This document shows, piece after piece, positions 11,073 through 20,452 of a stretch of 64,000 nt of DNA. Positions within the stretch are counted from its first letter, which is position 1, and each line of letters opens with the position of its first letter. The notes beneath the pieces are model-generated. The model did not search any database and was not told the DNA's origin. It was given only the letters and a program-made list of their open reading frames with translations. The position numbers and the translations under genes are program-made. The stretch is taken from positions 9,246 to 73,245 of the forward strand of contig JAPLIB010000091.1 in the NCBI GenBank assembly GCA_026389335.1. Direction: 5' to 3'. The stretch is from Cyanobacteriota bacterium. GTDB lineage: Bacteria > Cyanobacteriota > Cyanobacteriia > PCC-6307 > Cyanobiaceae.

Positions 11073-11993
11073 TCAACGGCCGTTCAGGGTGCGCTGCACC
11101 AGATCGTGAATGCAGCGGCCATCCACCGGCCCCCTGATCAGGGCCGGCCCCTCCGGCTCGCTTCCGGATGGCGTCCCATCCCTGGGGCTGGCTGCGGCTG
11201 AGGTCGCTCCGGGCCTGCGCAGCCAGAGCAGATATTCATGGTTGCCTGCCGGGCCGGTGAGCGGCGAGGCCAGCAGCCCGGCTGCCTGCCAGTCCTGGGC
11301 CAACGCTGCCGCCAGCACCGTTTCAATCGCATCCACGTGCGCGGCCGCATCGCGCACCACGCCCCCCTTGCCCACCCGGGCCCGGCCCACCTCGAACTGG
11401 GGTTTGACCAGCAGCAGCGCTTCGACGCCGCTGCTGGCAGGATCAGGGCCGTCGAGCGCGGTGATCGCGGGTCGCAGCAACGCCCCCAGGGCCGGCAGCA
11501 CCCGGGTGAGCGAAATGAAGGAGACATCGGCCACGGCTAGATCCGGCCAGGGATCCCCGGGTTCGTAGAGATCGGCCGGCGTGAGATGGCGCAGGTTGGT
11601 GCGTTCCCGCAGCACCACGCGGGGATCGGTGCGCAGGCTCCAGGCGGTCTGGCCATAGCCGACATCGATGCCGTAGACGCGGCTCGCCCCGTGCTGCAGC
11701 AGGCAATCGGTGAAGCCGCCAGTGGAAATCCCGCCGTCGAGGCAGACTCGCCCGGCCACCTGGATCGGTAACTGTTCCAGAGCCGCCACCAGCTTTTCAC
11801 CGCCACGGGAGACAAAGCGGGGGGGCTGCTCCACCGCCAGCGCCAGCTCAGCGGCCACGTCGACACCGGGCTTGTCGAGCACCCGATCGCCGCTGCGCAC
11901 CCGGCCACTGCGAATCAGCTGCTGGGCCTGCTGGCGACTGATGGCCAGCCCCCGGGCCACCAGTTCATGATCGAGCCGCTGCCTGGGGGCCAT
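11073..11993 (-). CDS. tlyA: TlyA family RNA methyltransferase
   Basis: N-terminal S4-like RQRLDHELVARGL, FVSRGGEKL, LDGGISTGGFTDCLLQHGA, DVGYGQ, LLVKPQFE. Confidence 0.9.
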   Translation of the reverse strand: MAPRQRLDHELVARGLAISRQQAQQLIRSGRVRSGDRVLDKPGVDVAAELALAVEQPPRFVSRGGEKLVAALEQLPIQVAGRVCLDGGISTGGFTDCLLQHGASRVYGIDVGYGQTAWSLRTDPRVVLRERTNLRHLTPADLYEPGDPWPDLAVADVSFISLTRVLPALGALLRPAITALDGPDPASSGVEALLLVKPQFEVGRARVGKGGVVRDAAAHVDAIETVLAAALAQDWQAAGLLASPLTGPAGNHEYLLWLRRPGATSAAASPRDGTPSGSEPEGPALIRGPVDGRCIHDLVQRTLNGR

Positions 11994-12226
11994 GGGAAAC
12001 GTCCCGTCCGGCCGGAGCGGCCTGGTGTTGGTTCCGTTATCGAACCACACGGGAAACGGAAATAAAGCCAAAGCCCCACCTGTTCGGCTGGATACCAACA
12101 GAAGATGGCCCGAACCGCCGGTGAGAGCCTTCCATGGGCCCAGCCCGATCCAGCAGTCTGAGCGCACCGGAGCTGGTGACCACCAGCCGCAGCCTCGGCC
12201 ATCCCCATGGGCATCGGGGCAGTAAT

Positions 12227-12400
12227 GTGCTGGAGCTGCTCAGGCCGGGCAGCTTCGTGCGGCTGCGCAACCAGCCCGACGACCTTCCTCCCTTCCAGCT
12301 GATCCAGTGCCGCGGCGGACGCTGCTGGGTGCGGCAACAGAGCTGGGGCCGGCTGGTGCACTGGGAGGTGGGCCATCGCCAGCTGATCACGGTGATCTGA
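12227..12400 (+). CDS. Small conserved-looking hypothetical protein
   Basis: VLELLRPGSFVRLRNQPDDLPPFQLIQCRGGRCWVRQQSWG; non-random composition, fills the tlyA-purB gap. Confidence 0.55.
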   Translation: MLELLRPGSFVRLRNQPDDLPPFQLIQCRGGRCWVRQQSWGRLVHWEVGHRQLITVI

Positions 12401-12518
12401 CTCACGGAGTCTTGATCAGGGTGGCTTGAGAGCGGTGCTTGGCAGCGAGAGGACTGAAGGCGATGGTGGCCTGAGGGTCGCCCGATAGGTTGGGGACGAC
12501 GTTGCCACGCGCTGGCCC

Positions 12519-13814
12519 TTGATCGAGCGTTACACCCTGCCCGAGATGGGCGGCCTCTGGAGTGAGGAAGCGAAGTTCCAGAGCTGGCTGGATGTCGAGA
12601 TCGCCGCCACCACCGCCCAGTGCGAGCTGGGCCGGGTGCCGCCTGAGGCGCTCGCCACGATCCGCGAGAAGGCCGCCTTTGAGGTGGCACGCATCCTCGA
12701 GATCGAGGCTGAAGTGCGCCACGACGTGATCGCCTTCCTCACCAATGTCAACGAACACGTGGGGGATGCCGGGCGCTATATCCATGTGGGTATGACCAGC
12801 TCCGATGTGCTCGACACCGGCCTGGCCCTGCAGCTGAAGCGCTCGGTGGCCGTGCTTCGCACCGAACTCGATCAGCTGGCCGCAGCCCTGCGCCAGCTGG
12901 CCCGGGCCCACAAGGACACGGTGATGATCGGCCGCTCCCACGCCATCCACGGCGAGCCGATCACCTTCGGCTTCAAGGTGGCCGGCTGGCTGGCCGAAAC
13001 CGAACGCAACCGCGAGCGGCTGGAGCGCCTCGAGAGCGTGGTCTCCGTCGGTCAGATCAGCGGCGCCATGGGCACCTATGCCAACACCGACCCCGAGGTG
13101 GAGGCGATCACCTGCCGCCTCCTGGGCCTGGTGCCCGATGCCGCCAGCACCCAGGTGATCTCCCGCGATCGCCATGCCGAGTACGTACAGACCCTGGCCC
13201 TGATCGGTGCCTCCCTGGAGCGCTTCACCACCGAGATCCGCAATCTGCAGCGCACCGACGTGCTGGAGGTGGAGGAGAACTTCGCCAAGGGCCAGAAGGG
13301 CAGCTCCGCCATGCCCCATAAGCGCAATCCGATCCGCAGCGAGCGCATCTCCGGCCTGGCCCGGGTGCTGCGCAGCTACACCGTGGCGGCTCTGGAAAAC
13401 GTCGCCCTCTGGCACGAACGGGACATCAGTCACAGCTCGGTGGAGCGCATGATGCTGCCGGATTGCTCGGTCACCTTGCACTTCATGCTGCGCGAGATGA
13501 CCGAGGTGGTGCAGGGGCTGGGCGTCTACCCCGAGAACATGGCCCGCAACCTCAACGTCTACGGCGGTGTGGTGTTCAGCCAGCGGGTGCTGCTGGCTCT
13601 GGTGGCGGCCGGGATCAACCGTGAAGACGCCTATGCCATCGTGCAGCGCCACGCCCACGCCGCCTGGAATCGCGAAGGGGGCGACTTCCGCGCCAATCTC
13701 GAAGGCGATGTCGAGGTCACCGGGCGACTCTCGGCCGCGCAACTGGCCGACTGTTTCGCCACCGATCTGCACTGCGCCAACTTGGACGTGATCTGGCAGC
13801 GGCTGGGCATCTGA
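12519..13814 (+). CDS. purB: Adenylosuccinate lyase
   Basis: MIERYTLPEM, HDVIAF, TSSDVLDT, RSHAIHGEPITFG, signature GSSAMPHKRNP. Confidence 0.97.
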   Translation: MIERYTLPEMGGLWSEEAKFQSWLDVEIAATTAQCELGRVPPEALATIREKAAFEVARILEIEAEVRHDVIAFLTNVNEHVGDAGRYIHVGMTSSDVLDTGLALQLKRSVAVLRTELDQLAAALRQLARAHKDTVMIGRSHAIHGEPITFGFKVAGWLAETERNRERLERLESVVSVGQISGAMGTYANTDPEVEAITCRLLGLVPDAASTQVISRDRHAEYVQTLALIGASLERFTTEIRNLQRTDVLEVEENFAKGQKGSSAMPHKRNPIRSERISGLARVLRSYTVAALENVALWHERDISHSSVERMMLPDCSVTLHFMLREMTEVVQGLGVYPENMARNLNVYGGVVFSQRVLLALVAAGINREDAYAIVQRHAHAAWNREGGDFRANLEGDVEVTGRLSAAQLADCFATDLHCANLDVIWQRLGI

Positions 13815-13934
13815 GCCGCCAGGACAACGGACGTGGCCCACCGGGGCGGCGATCCGTGGCCCCCAGGAACGCGTGGACCTGGTCCAGTGCTCATGGCACT
13901 GCTTAGCCTTTGAAAACCTTGGAGCAAGGCTGGG

Positions 13935-14231
13935 ATGGGAGAGGTGAATCTGCATCCGGAGTATCCGGACAGAGAGCAACTCGACAGTGCCGAGGCTTGG
14001 CTGCACTATGCCGACGCCCTGATGGCGCAGGCCGAAGGCGGCGGCCTGCAGCGCTCCGTGCAGATGCAGCAGGTGGCCATGGCCCTGATGCAGGCACAGC
14101 GACACGGCGCCGACGAGACCACGATCCGTCGGCTGCTGCTGACCAGAGCCACCCTGGAGCTTGCCGATCAAGTGCAAGACCTTGGCCTCGAGGATGGCGC
14201 GATCAGCTTGCGTCAGCTGGCCGGCAGATAG
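13935..14231 (+). CDS. Hypothetical all-helical protein, 98 aa, at the core/island boundary
   Basis: ATG start, helical amphipathic pattern, no recognised motif. Confidence 0.55.
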   Translation: MGEVNLHPEYPDREQLDSAEAWLHYADALMAQAEGGGLQRSVQMQQVAMALMQAQRHGADETTIRRLLLTRATLELADQVQDLGLEDGAISLRQLAGR

Positions 14232-14830
14232 AGCTTTGGGGAGCTCCGACAAGACTTCTGTGGGCGGGGAGCCCCATGGCTAGGTGCACCACGGATGGGC
14301 GCGGATGGCCTTGATCTGAAGCACCCGCAGCGGAGGGCTGGGCAGCCTGTTCCAGTGCAGGGGGAAAGGCCCAGCCAAAGCTGGATCAGCCGGTCTTCGC
14401 TGGGGGTGGCCCCGAAGGTGAACCGCTGGATCTAGGCCTCCTGGAGCTGAATGGCAAAGTGCCCTGGCAGTCGTTGTGGCTTTTGCCGTCGGGGTGTGAG
14501 CACTCCAACGGGCTGGTATGAGTGCTGAACGGACAGGGAGCCACCAGGGAGATCGGCTCGGGGCTGGTACCGATGCGGCGGCAGATCGCTCAGTCAGGGG
14601 AGAAGGGTCATGTGGAGTGCATATGTCCTGGCCGAGTGCTGAGCAGGTTCTGAGGTCCAAATTCAAGGGAAGTGGGTGGAAACCTCGGTTCAAAGGTTGC
14701 CCGCAAGGAGGCAATCGCACCCACTCAAGATCCCATGGCCATCCATGGATACGGCCAAGAAGATCTGAGCAGAAGTTGCGTGGCAACTGGGTATTGCGGT
14801 GGGCCTTGATAGCCCATATTGTGAGGAATA

Positions 14831-17389
14831 TCAGGCTTCAGGATCAGAGATCTTGACCGCAAGCAAGGGTGGTAAGGACGGGTCCGGTTCCACCACCAAC
14901 TTGAGAAGACGGCCGTGCAGATCGCTGGCTTGAGAAGAGAACTGGATTCGGTTGACAGTCGATTCAGTCGTAAGAGTGGGACGATCCTGGGCGTGACTGC
15001 CATTGATCCAATCCCAGGTGCTCACAGTCAGCCGTGCTGACAGCCCAAGGCTGATCACAATCTCCCCGACGGTCGCCTCCAGCCAGAGGCAGAGCGGATA
15101 GCCCTGAAGCAGGAGGTAGTTGCCGAATCCCACTCGGTTCCGCTCCGCCAGCATGGCATCCAGAATGTCATTGGGAAAGCTGGGATCAACGATACGGTGA
15201 TGAACGATCAAACCGAAGTCCGGATTGGGAATGCCCGTATAGCCCGGATCACCAAGGAGGAAGATTTGTCGAGCCTGGGACTCGCTCAGAAGGCCTTTTT
15301 GCATCAGCTCCACCAGCTTCTCAATCACCCAAGAGAGTGGCTTGTCAGAGAAGTAAAGGGCCGTATAGAAACTCATTTTGGCTTCCTGGCCAAGGGGTGA
15401 GCGGCAGGCGGTTAGATGATAGGTATAAGCAAGGGGGCGCGGATCAATCCGGTTTGGGGCGACCGGTTTCTGCTCAATTCCTACCAGCCAAAGATAGTTG
15501 AGATGATCACTGGCAGATACCTGCTTACGCTTAAATGCTATGTTTTTATGAGGAAGGCTGCCGAGGGCGGGCACTTCCTCTGGGTCATAGGTGCAATAGA
15601 GGCCGCTGATATAGAGATTCTGCACACGATTAGAGGCAGCCGCGTACTCGGAGGTCCAGAATATTTCGTATTGATCGGCCTCTGCGATTGAGAATTCATC
15701 AGTGTCGTGGAGGACCACGATGTCTTCTTTGATAGCCTCGTAAGCGGCGATGCGTTTTTCCGCTTCACCCTTCCATTCCTGGTAGTGGTACACCACCCGC
15801 GGATCGGCCAGTAGTTCACGGCCCAGCTCGGTTTCATCCAGTCGCCGTGGTTGCTGGAGAAAGAAGGGAATGGAGGCGAGGTAGTCGTAGGGGCCGTCCC
15901 AGATGTAGATGCGGTCGTAGTTGTCAAGGAAGCCACCACGCACCTGCCAGCGCAGCATGTCTATATCATCGAAGTAGTTGATCAGGGCCGCAACACTCGG
16001 TGAACGAAAGGGTACTCCCGCTGGATGACTTAGCAGCTGATCGAGCACCGATTCGGCAAAATGTGCTTTCTCCATGTGCTGATTGAGTGCGGCGATCCAG
16101 GGGTGCTCCCGGTAAAAGGCGATTGAGGACTCGAGTTGGGCGCTAATGCCGAAGGGTTGGTCATGGTGGCGGTGTCCCCATGTTTCCGCCCAAGCCTCCA
16201 ACCCAAGGGCTTTTCGGACCCAAGGAAGAATCGGGATCGACAACTCGCCAAGGTGTTCCTCCACCTTCACGGACGTGGGATCCACCTCGGGTTTGAGGCT
16301 CATGGACGCCAGCACCCGCAGCAGCAGCTCCCAGAGGGCCGCATGAGTGGGGTGGTTGATCGTGTGAACGATTGGGAGTTGGCGATGGTGGTCGTCGATC
16401 CACGACGAAATCTCCACCGCACAATCGGCCTCCCGTTGCCGAAGTTGCTCCAGGGAATTTAGATGGTGCTCGCGGATCTGGCCGGCGCATTCCTCGGGAA
16501 GGTTCCGCGTCAGCAGATCCTGGGCCGAGAGGCCCCGGCGGGCCGCTGCCATGGCCAGAAAGTCGTGGTAGGGGCCCAGCGGCGAGGACGCCTCCAACTG
16601 GGCTAGGCGCCCTTCGGGATCATGGACATAGCCGATCCAGGGGTGATGCCCCTCGTAATGAAGGTTGGGCAGCACAAGCCTGCGGGCGTGGGGCGGCAAC
16701 TGCTGCTGCAGCGTCGCCCCATCAAGGCCGATGCCGTCGCGGTAGCCCGGCTGAATCCTGTGCATCACAAGTAAGTCGGTCTCGGGCAGCACGGCATGGA
16801 GTTCGGCCACGTCAGACACGGTGGCCAAATGCACGGATGGGCAGAAATAGATTTCTAATTCGGGCAGGACTTGGCGCAGAGCGAGGTAGATGGGATGCAT
16901 CTGGCAATTGCCCACCAAGGCCAGGCGGGGCAGGTGGAGAGCCTGCTGGGCCAGTTCCTCCATCTCCTGCCGCATCATCAGGATCCAGGCGGGTAGATCG
17001 GAATAGAAGAGTTCAAGGCGCTCAAGCAATCGCAGCGCCAGGCAAGAATATTGCTGGATCTGCCCATTGAGGCTGCCATCTTCCCTGATCTGCCTATGGA
17101 TCCAGATGGCCCCGTACCGACAGAACTGTTCATCGTGGATCTCAACCCAATCAGGCTGCTCCGGGGCGCTCTGCTTGAGTTGGCGGAATAAGCGCTCGCC
17201 GGTGAGGGCCAAGCTGATCGCTGTTATGGGGTCATGCTCAGCGCACTTCAGCATCTGTTCATGACAGCCCACACCGAGGTTGTGGATCTGCTCCTGATCG
17301 AGAGGATCGATCTGCCCCTGCAGCTGATCCAAGCGTTGCAGAAGCAAGGAAGCTTGCCTTTCAAGCTGATTTGGATCAGACAGATTCAT
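14831..17389 (-). CDS. 852-aa fusion: helical N-domain + WcbI-like polysaccharide acetyltransferase domain + C-terminal GT-A-like domain
   Basis: LALVGNCQM...LVLPNLHYEGHHP...VHTINHPT is the WcbI-type pattern; later AALINYFDD...IYIWDGPY...VVLHDTDEF resembles a GT-A fold; lower GC than core genes. Confidence 0.75.
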   Translation of the reverse strand: MNLSDPNQLERQASLLLQRLDQLQGQIDPLDQEQIHNLGVGCHEQMLKCAEHDPITAISLALTGERLFRQLKQSAPEQPDWVEIHDEQFCRYGAIWIHRQIREDGSLNGQIQQYSCLALRLLERLELFYSDLPAWILMMRQEMEELAQQALHLPRLALVGNCQMHPIYLALRQVLPELEIYFCPSVHLATVSDVAELHAVLPETDLLVMHRIQPGYRDGIGLDGATLQQQLPPHARRLVLPNLHYEGHHPWIGYVHDPEGRLAQLEASSPLGPYHDFLAMAAARRGLSAQDLLTRNLPEECAGQIREHHLNSLEQLRQREADCAVEISSWIDDHHRQLPIVHTINHPTHAALWELLLRVLASMSLKPEVDPTSVKVEEHLGELSIPILPWVRKALGLEAWAETWGHRHHDQPFGISAQLESSIAFYREHPWIAALNQHMEKAHFAESVLDQLLSHPAGVPFRSPSVAALINYFDDIDMLRWQVRGGFLDNYDRIYIWDGPYDYLASIPFFLQQPRRLDETELGRELLADPRVVYHYQEWKGEAEKRIAAYEAIKEDIVVLHDTDEFSIAEADQYEIFWTSEYAAASNRVQNLYISGLYCTYDPEEVPALGSLPHKNIAFKRKQVSASDHLNYLWLVGIEQKPVAPNRIDPRPLAYTYHLTACRSPLGQEAKMSFYTALYFSDKPLSWVIEKLVELMQKGLLSESQARQIFLLGDPGYTGIPNPDFGLIVHHRIVDPSFPNDILDAMLAERNRVGFGNYLLLQGYPLCLWLEATVGEIVISLGLSARLTVSTWDWINGSHAQDRPTLTTESTVNRIQFSSQASDLHGRLLKLVVEPDPSLPPLLAVKISDPEA

Positions 17390-17391
17390 GG

Positions 17392-18261
17392 TTAACGATT
17401 TCCACCTGGCTGGCCTGATTGGGATCTTGAAATAACTTGCAAATGTCTAATAATAGCAAAGGACACCAGGCCTTCCTTGTCAGGACTCATGGCAGTCGTG
17501 CGCAGCTGCCGCAACACCAGAGCCCAGCGTTCCACCACCATCAATTGGTGGTACTCCACAGGGGAACCGGCAGCCACAAGGCGTGCAATAGCAAGACGCA
17601 GTCGCGTTTCAACGTGAACTTCAACCCACGGGGGAGCGGGGACATCGTGATGAAACAGATGGTTCACCAGCACCAGAAGCCGCTGATCCAGACGCCAGGC
17701 GGCCGCACCCTGGGGTTCTTCAAGGCGAAGGTGCAGGGCAAGCCCCCGCACGCTGAGGTTCCAGTCAGCGTCGATGAGCCAGCTGGGTCGATCCAGGCCA
17801 GGACTCTGCAGGTCAGGACTCTGCAGGTCAATGAGCACAGCCTGGAGCGCCCAGTGACGATCGGCCGCCAGCGGCAGGGCCTGCGGTGGGAGGTCGTCCA
17901 GCTGGATCAGACTTTGCCAGAACCGTTCGACCAACTCCAACTGGGTGGCACGCAGGGCAGGCTGTAGACCCTCACGCCGGCAGGGCAGCACCAAGGCCGC
18001 CAGCCGATCCAAGGCCTCACACCAGTGACCGGCCAGAGCCTCCTCGCGACAGCGGTGCAGGTCGGCCTTCAGGATCTCGTGGCGTAGCAGCCGTTCCAGG
18101 GTCTGTGCCTTGCCCGGCCCAGCCCGACGCTGGACCAGGGGCAGCAGGGCCGCAAACAGGTGCCGCTGCACCGAGGGAGCCAGGGGCAGCGCCAGCAGGT
18201 CATCAAAGGAGAGTGACAGCGACTCCTCCGGTGGCAACGAACCCTGTGAACCCGGCATCAC
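17392..18261 (-). CDS. Hypothetical helical protein, 289 aa, likely co-transcribed with the WcbI fusion
   Basis: Stop 2 nt from the WcbI-fusion start; Leu-rich helical; contains a 15-bp tandem duplication (DLQSP x2, 17801-17830). Confidence 0.65.
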   Translation of the reverse strand: MMPGSQGSLPPEESLSLSFDDLLALPLAPSVQRHLFAALLPLVQRRAGPGKAQTLERLLRHEILKADLHRCREEALAGHWCEALDRLAALVLPCRREGLQPALRATQLELVERFWQSLIQLDDLPPQALPLAADRHWALQAVLIDLQSPDLQSPGLDRPSWLIDADWNLSVRGLALHLRLEEPQGAAAWRLDQRLLVLVNHLFHHDVPAPPWVEVHVETRLRLAIARLVAAGSPVEYHQLMVVERWALVLRQLRTTAMSPDKEGLVSFAIIRHLQVISRSQSGQPGGNR

Positions 18262-18393
18262 GACTCGATCGGAACCGGAGGCTAGAGCAACACCCAGGGC
18301 GCAGTAAACACCAGGTTGGTGTGGAGCTCGGGCTTGGCTGCTCAGACCGAATCTTCCTTCCCAGGCTTGCGCAGAAGCGGAGAGCGCCAGCCT

Positions 18394-19467
18394 TCAGAGG
18401 AGCGCCCACAGCTCCATGGCCTCGGCGAGCACGCCATTCCGCAGCCGGCGGGCGAGGGCGGGATCCAGCTCTGCGGAGGGCAGCACCCTCTGGTTGTAGA
18501 CAGGGAATGATTGGGCAGCGGGCAGACCAGCAGCGTCCAGTTCGAGGAAGCGAAGCACCCGCTGCAGCACCGTTTCCGGATCGGCGACCAGATCCTCGAA
18601 GCGCAGCACCAGCAGCTGATGGGCCGGAAAGGCGTCCCGCCAGCGCTGCAGCTGGTCGGCGTAAAGGCTGCCCGTGAGGGCATTGGGGTGGAGCCAGTCC
18701 AGCCCCTGACGGGCCTGCGGCGTCATCGCCTGGAGGGCCGCTTGCTCCGCCAGCAGGTGGCCCTCGGCCGTGCCCGTCAGGCCGACGTAGGTCTGCATAT
18801 GGCCCAGCCAGCTCAGGGCCCGATCCAGCGGTTCGCGCAGCACCACGATCAGGCGAGCAGCGGGTAGCAGACCGGCCACGCGGGATGGGGCCTCAGGATG
18901 CTGCAGGTAGTTGGGAGTGGCCTCAAGCCGCAGCAGGGATCCCTCCTGGCGGAGTGGCGGGAATTGGGCCCGGTACCAGGCTTCGCCGCGGCTCCAGTGG
19001 TTGTCAAAGAAGTGGAGTTCCTTGAGGGGATGCACCCAGACATCGGCGTGGGCAGCGAGGTAGGCGGCGAGGGAGGTGGTGCCGCACTTGGGAGCGCCAA
19101 GTATGAGCACATCGGCGCCGGCGCTTGCCTGGGCCGCCGCTGCGAGCCGATCGCCAGGCAACCCCAGACAGGCCGCCCGCCGAGCCAGTGCGCAGGCCTT
19201 CTGCTCTTCCCCCAGCTCATGCAGCCAGTGGGCTTCGAGGAAGAGGCCGAGGGGCTGGGGAGGTCGGCGGGCCAGGCACGCTCGCAGCTGGGGCAACAGC
19301 ACCGCCCTCTCGGCTGCTGAGCGCGCCAGATAGTAGAGGGCATGCAGGGGCCGGGGATCGGAGGGATCCAGGGCCAGGGCTTCGAGATAGGCGGCGGCGG
19401 CCTGATCCATGGCGCCTTGGCGACGGGCCAGCACGGCCCGCTCAAGGGAGGAGGAAGCGATCTCCAC
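18394..19467 (-). CDS. TPR + PAPS-dependent sulfotransferase (Sulfotransfer_1-like)
   Basis: N-terminal TPR (AAAYLEALALDP); 5'-PSB loop ILGAPKCGTTSL, KELHFFD, LEATPNY, 3'-PB VVLREPLDRALS. Confidence 0.85.
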   Translation of the reverse strand: MEIASSSLERAVLARRQGAMDQAAAAYLEALALDPSDPRPLHALYYLARSAAERAVLLPQLRACLARRPPQPLGLFLEAHWLHELGEEQKACALARRAACLGLPGDRLAAAAQASAGADVLILGAPKCGTTSLAAYLAAHADVWVHPLKELHFFDNHWSRGEAWYRAQFPPLRQEGSLLRLEATPNYLQHPEAPSRVAGLLPAARLIVVLREPLDRALSWLGHMQTYVGLTGTAEGHLLAEQAALQAMTPQARQGLDWLHPNALTGSLYADQLQRWRDAFPAHQLLVLRFEDLVADPETVLQRVLRFLELDAAGLPAAQSFPVYNQRVLPSAELDPALARRLRNGVLAEAMELWALL

Positions 19468-19525
19468 AGTGGGGCGGATCCTGCGGCATTGGACGCGTTC
19501 TAGGTTGGCTCGGAGACGTGCAGCT

Positions 19526-20452
19526 TTGGCCTTCTCCACCCCGGTCCTGTTGCTGGCTTTCCGCCGGCCAGACACCACCCGGCCGGTACTCGAGGCCCTG
19601 CGGCAGCTGCGGCCCACCCGGCTGTTCGTGGCCTGCGACGGACCGCGGCCTGCCGTAGCCGACGAGGCCGCAGCCTGCGCCGCCACCCGGGCCCTGATTG
19701 AGGCGGCGATCGACTGGCCCTGCGCCGTAGAGCGCCTGTATCGCAGCGATCACCGCGGCTGCCGGCGTGGGGTGAGCGAGGCGCTCGACTGGTTCTTCGC
19801 CCAAGTGGAGGAAGGCATCGTGCTGGAGGACGACGTGGTGCCGACGCCCGATTTCTTCCGCTACTGCGCAGCGCTGCTGGAGCGCTACCGCCACGACGGG
19901 CGGATCGGCGTGATCAGCGGCAATAACTTCCAGCCCCACCGGCCCCGCGATGGCTCCAGCTATTACTTTTCGCTCTACAACCACGTCTGGGGCTGGGCCA
20001 GCTGGCGACGAGCGTGGAGCTGTTATGACGCTGAGCTGACGAGCTGGCCCGCCTTCCGCGACCAAGGCTGGCTGGAGCAGATCGGCGGGCGGCGCTTCAG
20101 CCGCTACTGGAGTCGCTGCTTCGAGGCGGTGTGGCAGGGCGAATGCGACACCTGGGACTACATCTGGACCTACAGCTGCTGGCGCCAGGGGCTGCTCACC
20201 TGCCTGCCGGCGGTGAACCTGGTGAACAATGTCGGCTTCGGCCACGCCCACGCCACCCACACCCGCGACGGCCGCTCTCCCCACCGCGGCACCGCCGCCC
20301 TGGAGCCGGAGCTGGTCCATCCCCAGCAGCTGGTGCGCGACCGCGCCGCCGATGACTTCACCTTCCGCACTCAGTTCCAGCCGCCGTTGCTGCAGCGCGC
20401 CCTGCGCCGGGCCATCCGCCAGCTGGGGCCGGTTCAAGCCAGGCTGCGATAG
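19526..20452 (+). CDS. GT-A fold nucleotide-diphospho-sugar transferase
   Basis: PVLLLAFRRPD, LFVACDGPR, GIVLEDDVVP, WGWASWRRAW, WDYIW, NLVNNVGFG. Confidence 0.8.
   Translation: MAFSTPVLLLAFRRPDTTRPVLEALRQLRPTRLFVACDGPRPAVADEAAACAATRALIEAAIDWPCAVERLYRSDHRGCRRGVSEALDWFFAQVEEGIVLEDDVVPTPDFFRYCAALLERYRHDGRIGVISGNNFQPHRPRDGSSYYFSLYNHVWGWASWRRAWSCYDAELTSWPAFRDQGWLEQIGGRRFSRYWSRCFEAVWQGECDTWDYIWTYSCWRQGLLTCLPAVNLVNNVGFGHAHATHTRDGRSPHRGTAALEPELVHPQQLVRDRAADDFTFRTQFQPPLLQRALRRAIRQLGPVQARLR

Noticed and set aside
14674-14716. c-di-GMP-I riboswitch
   Set aside because: Only superficial GGAAACC...CGCAAG similarity; it lacks the GNRA/receptor layout and GGGACGCAAAGC-like core, and no gene start lies directly downstream.
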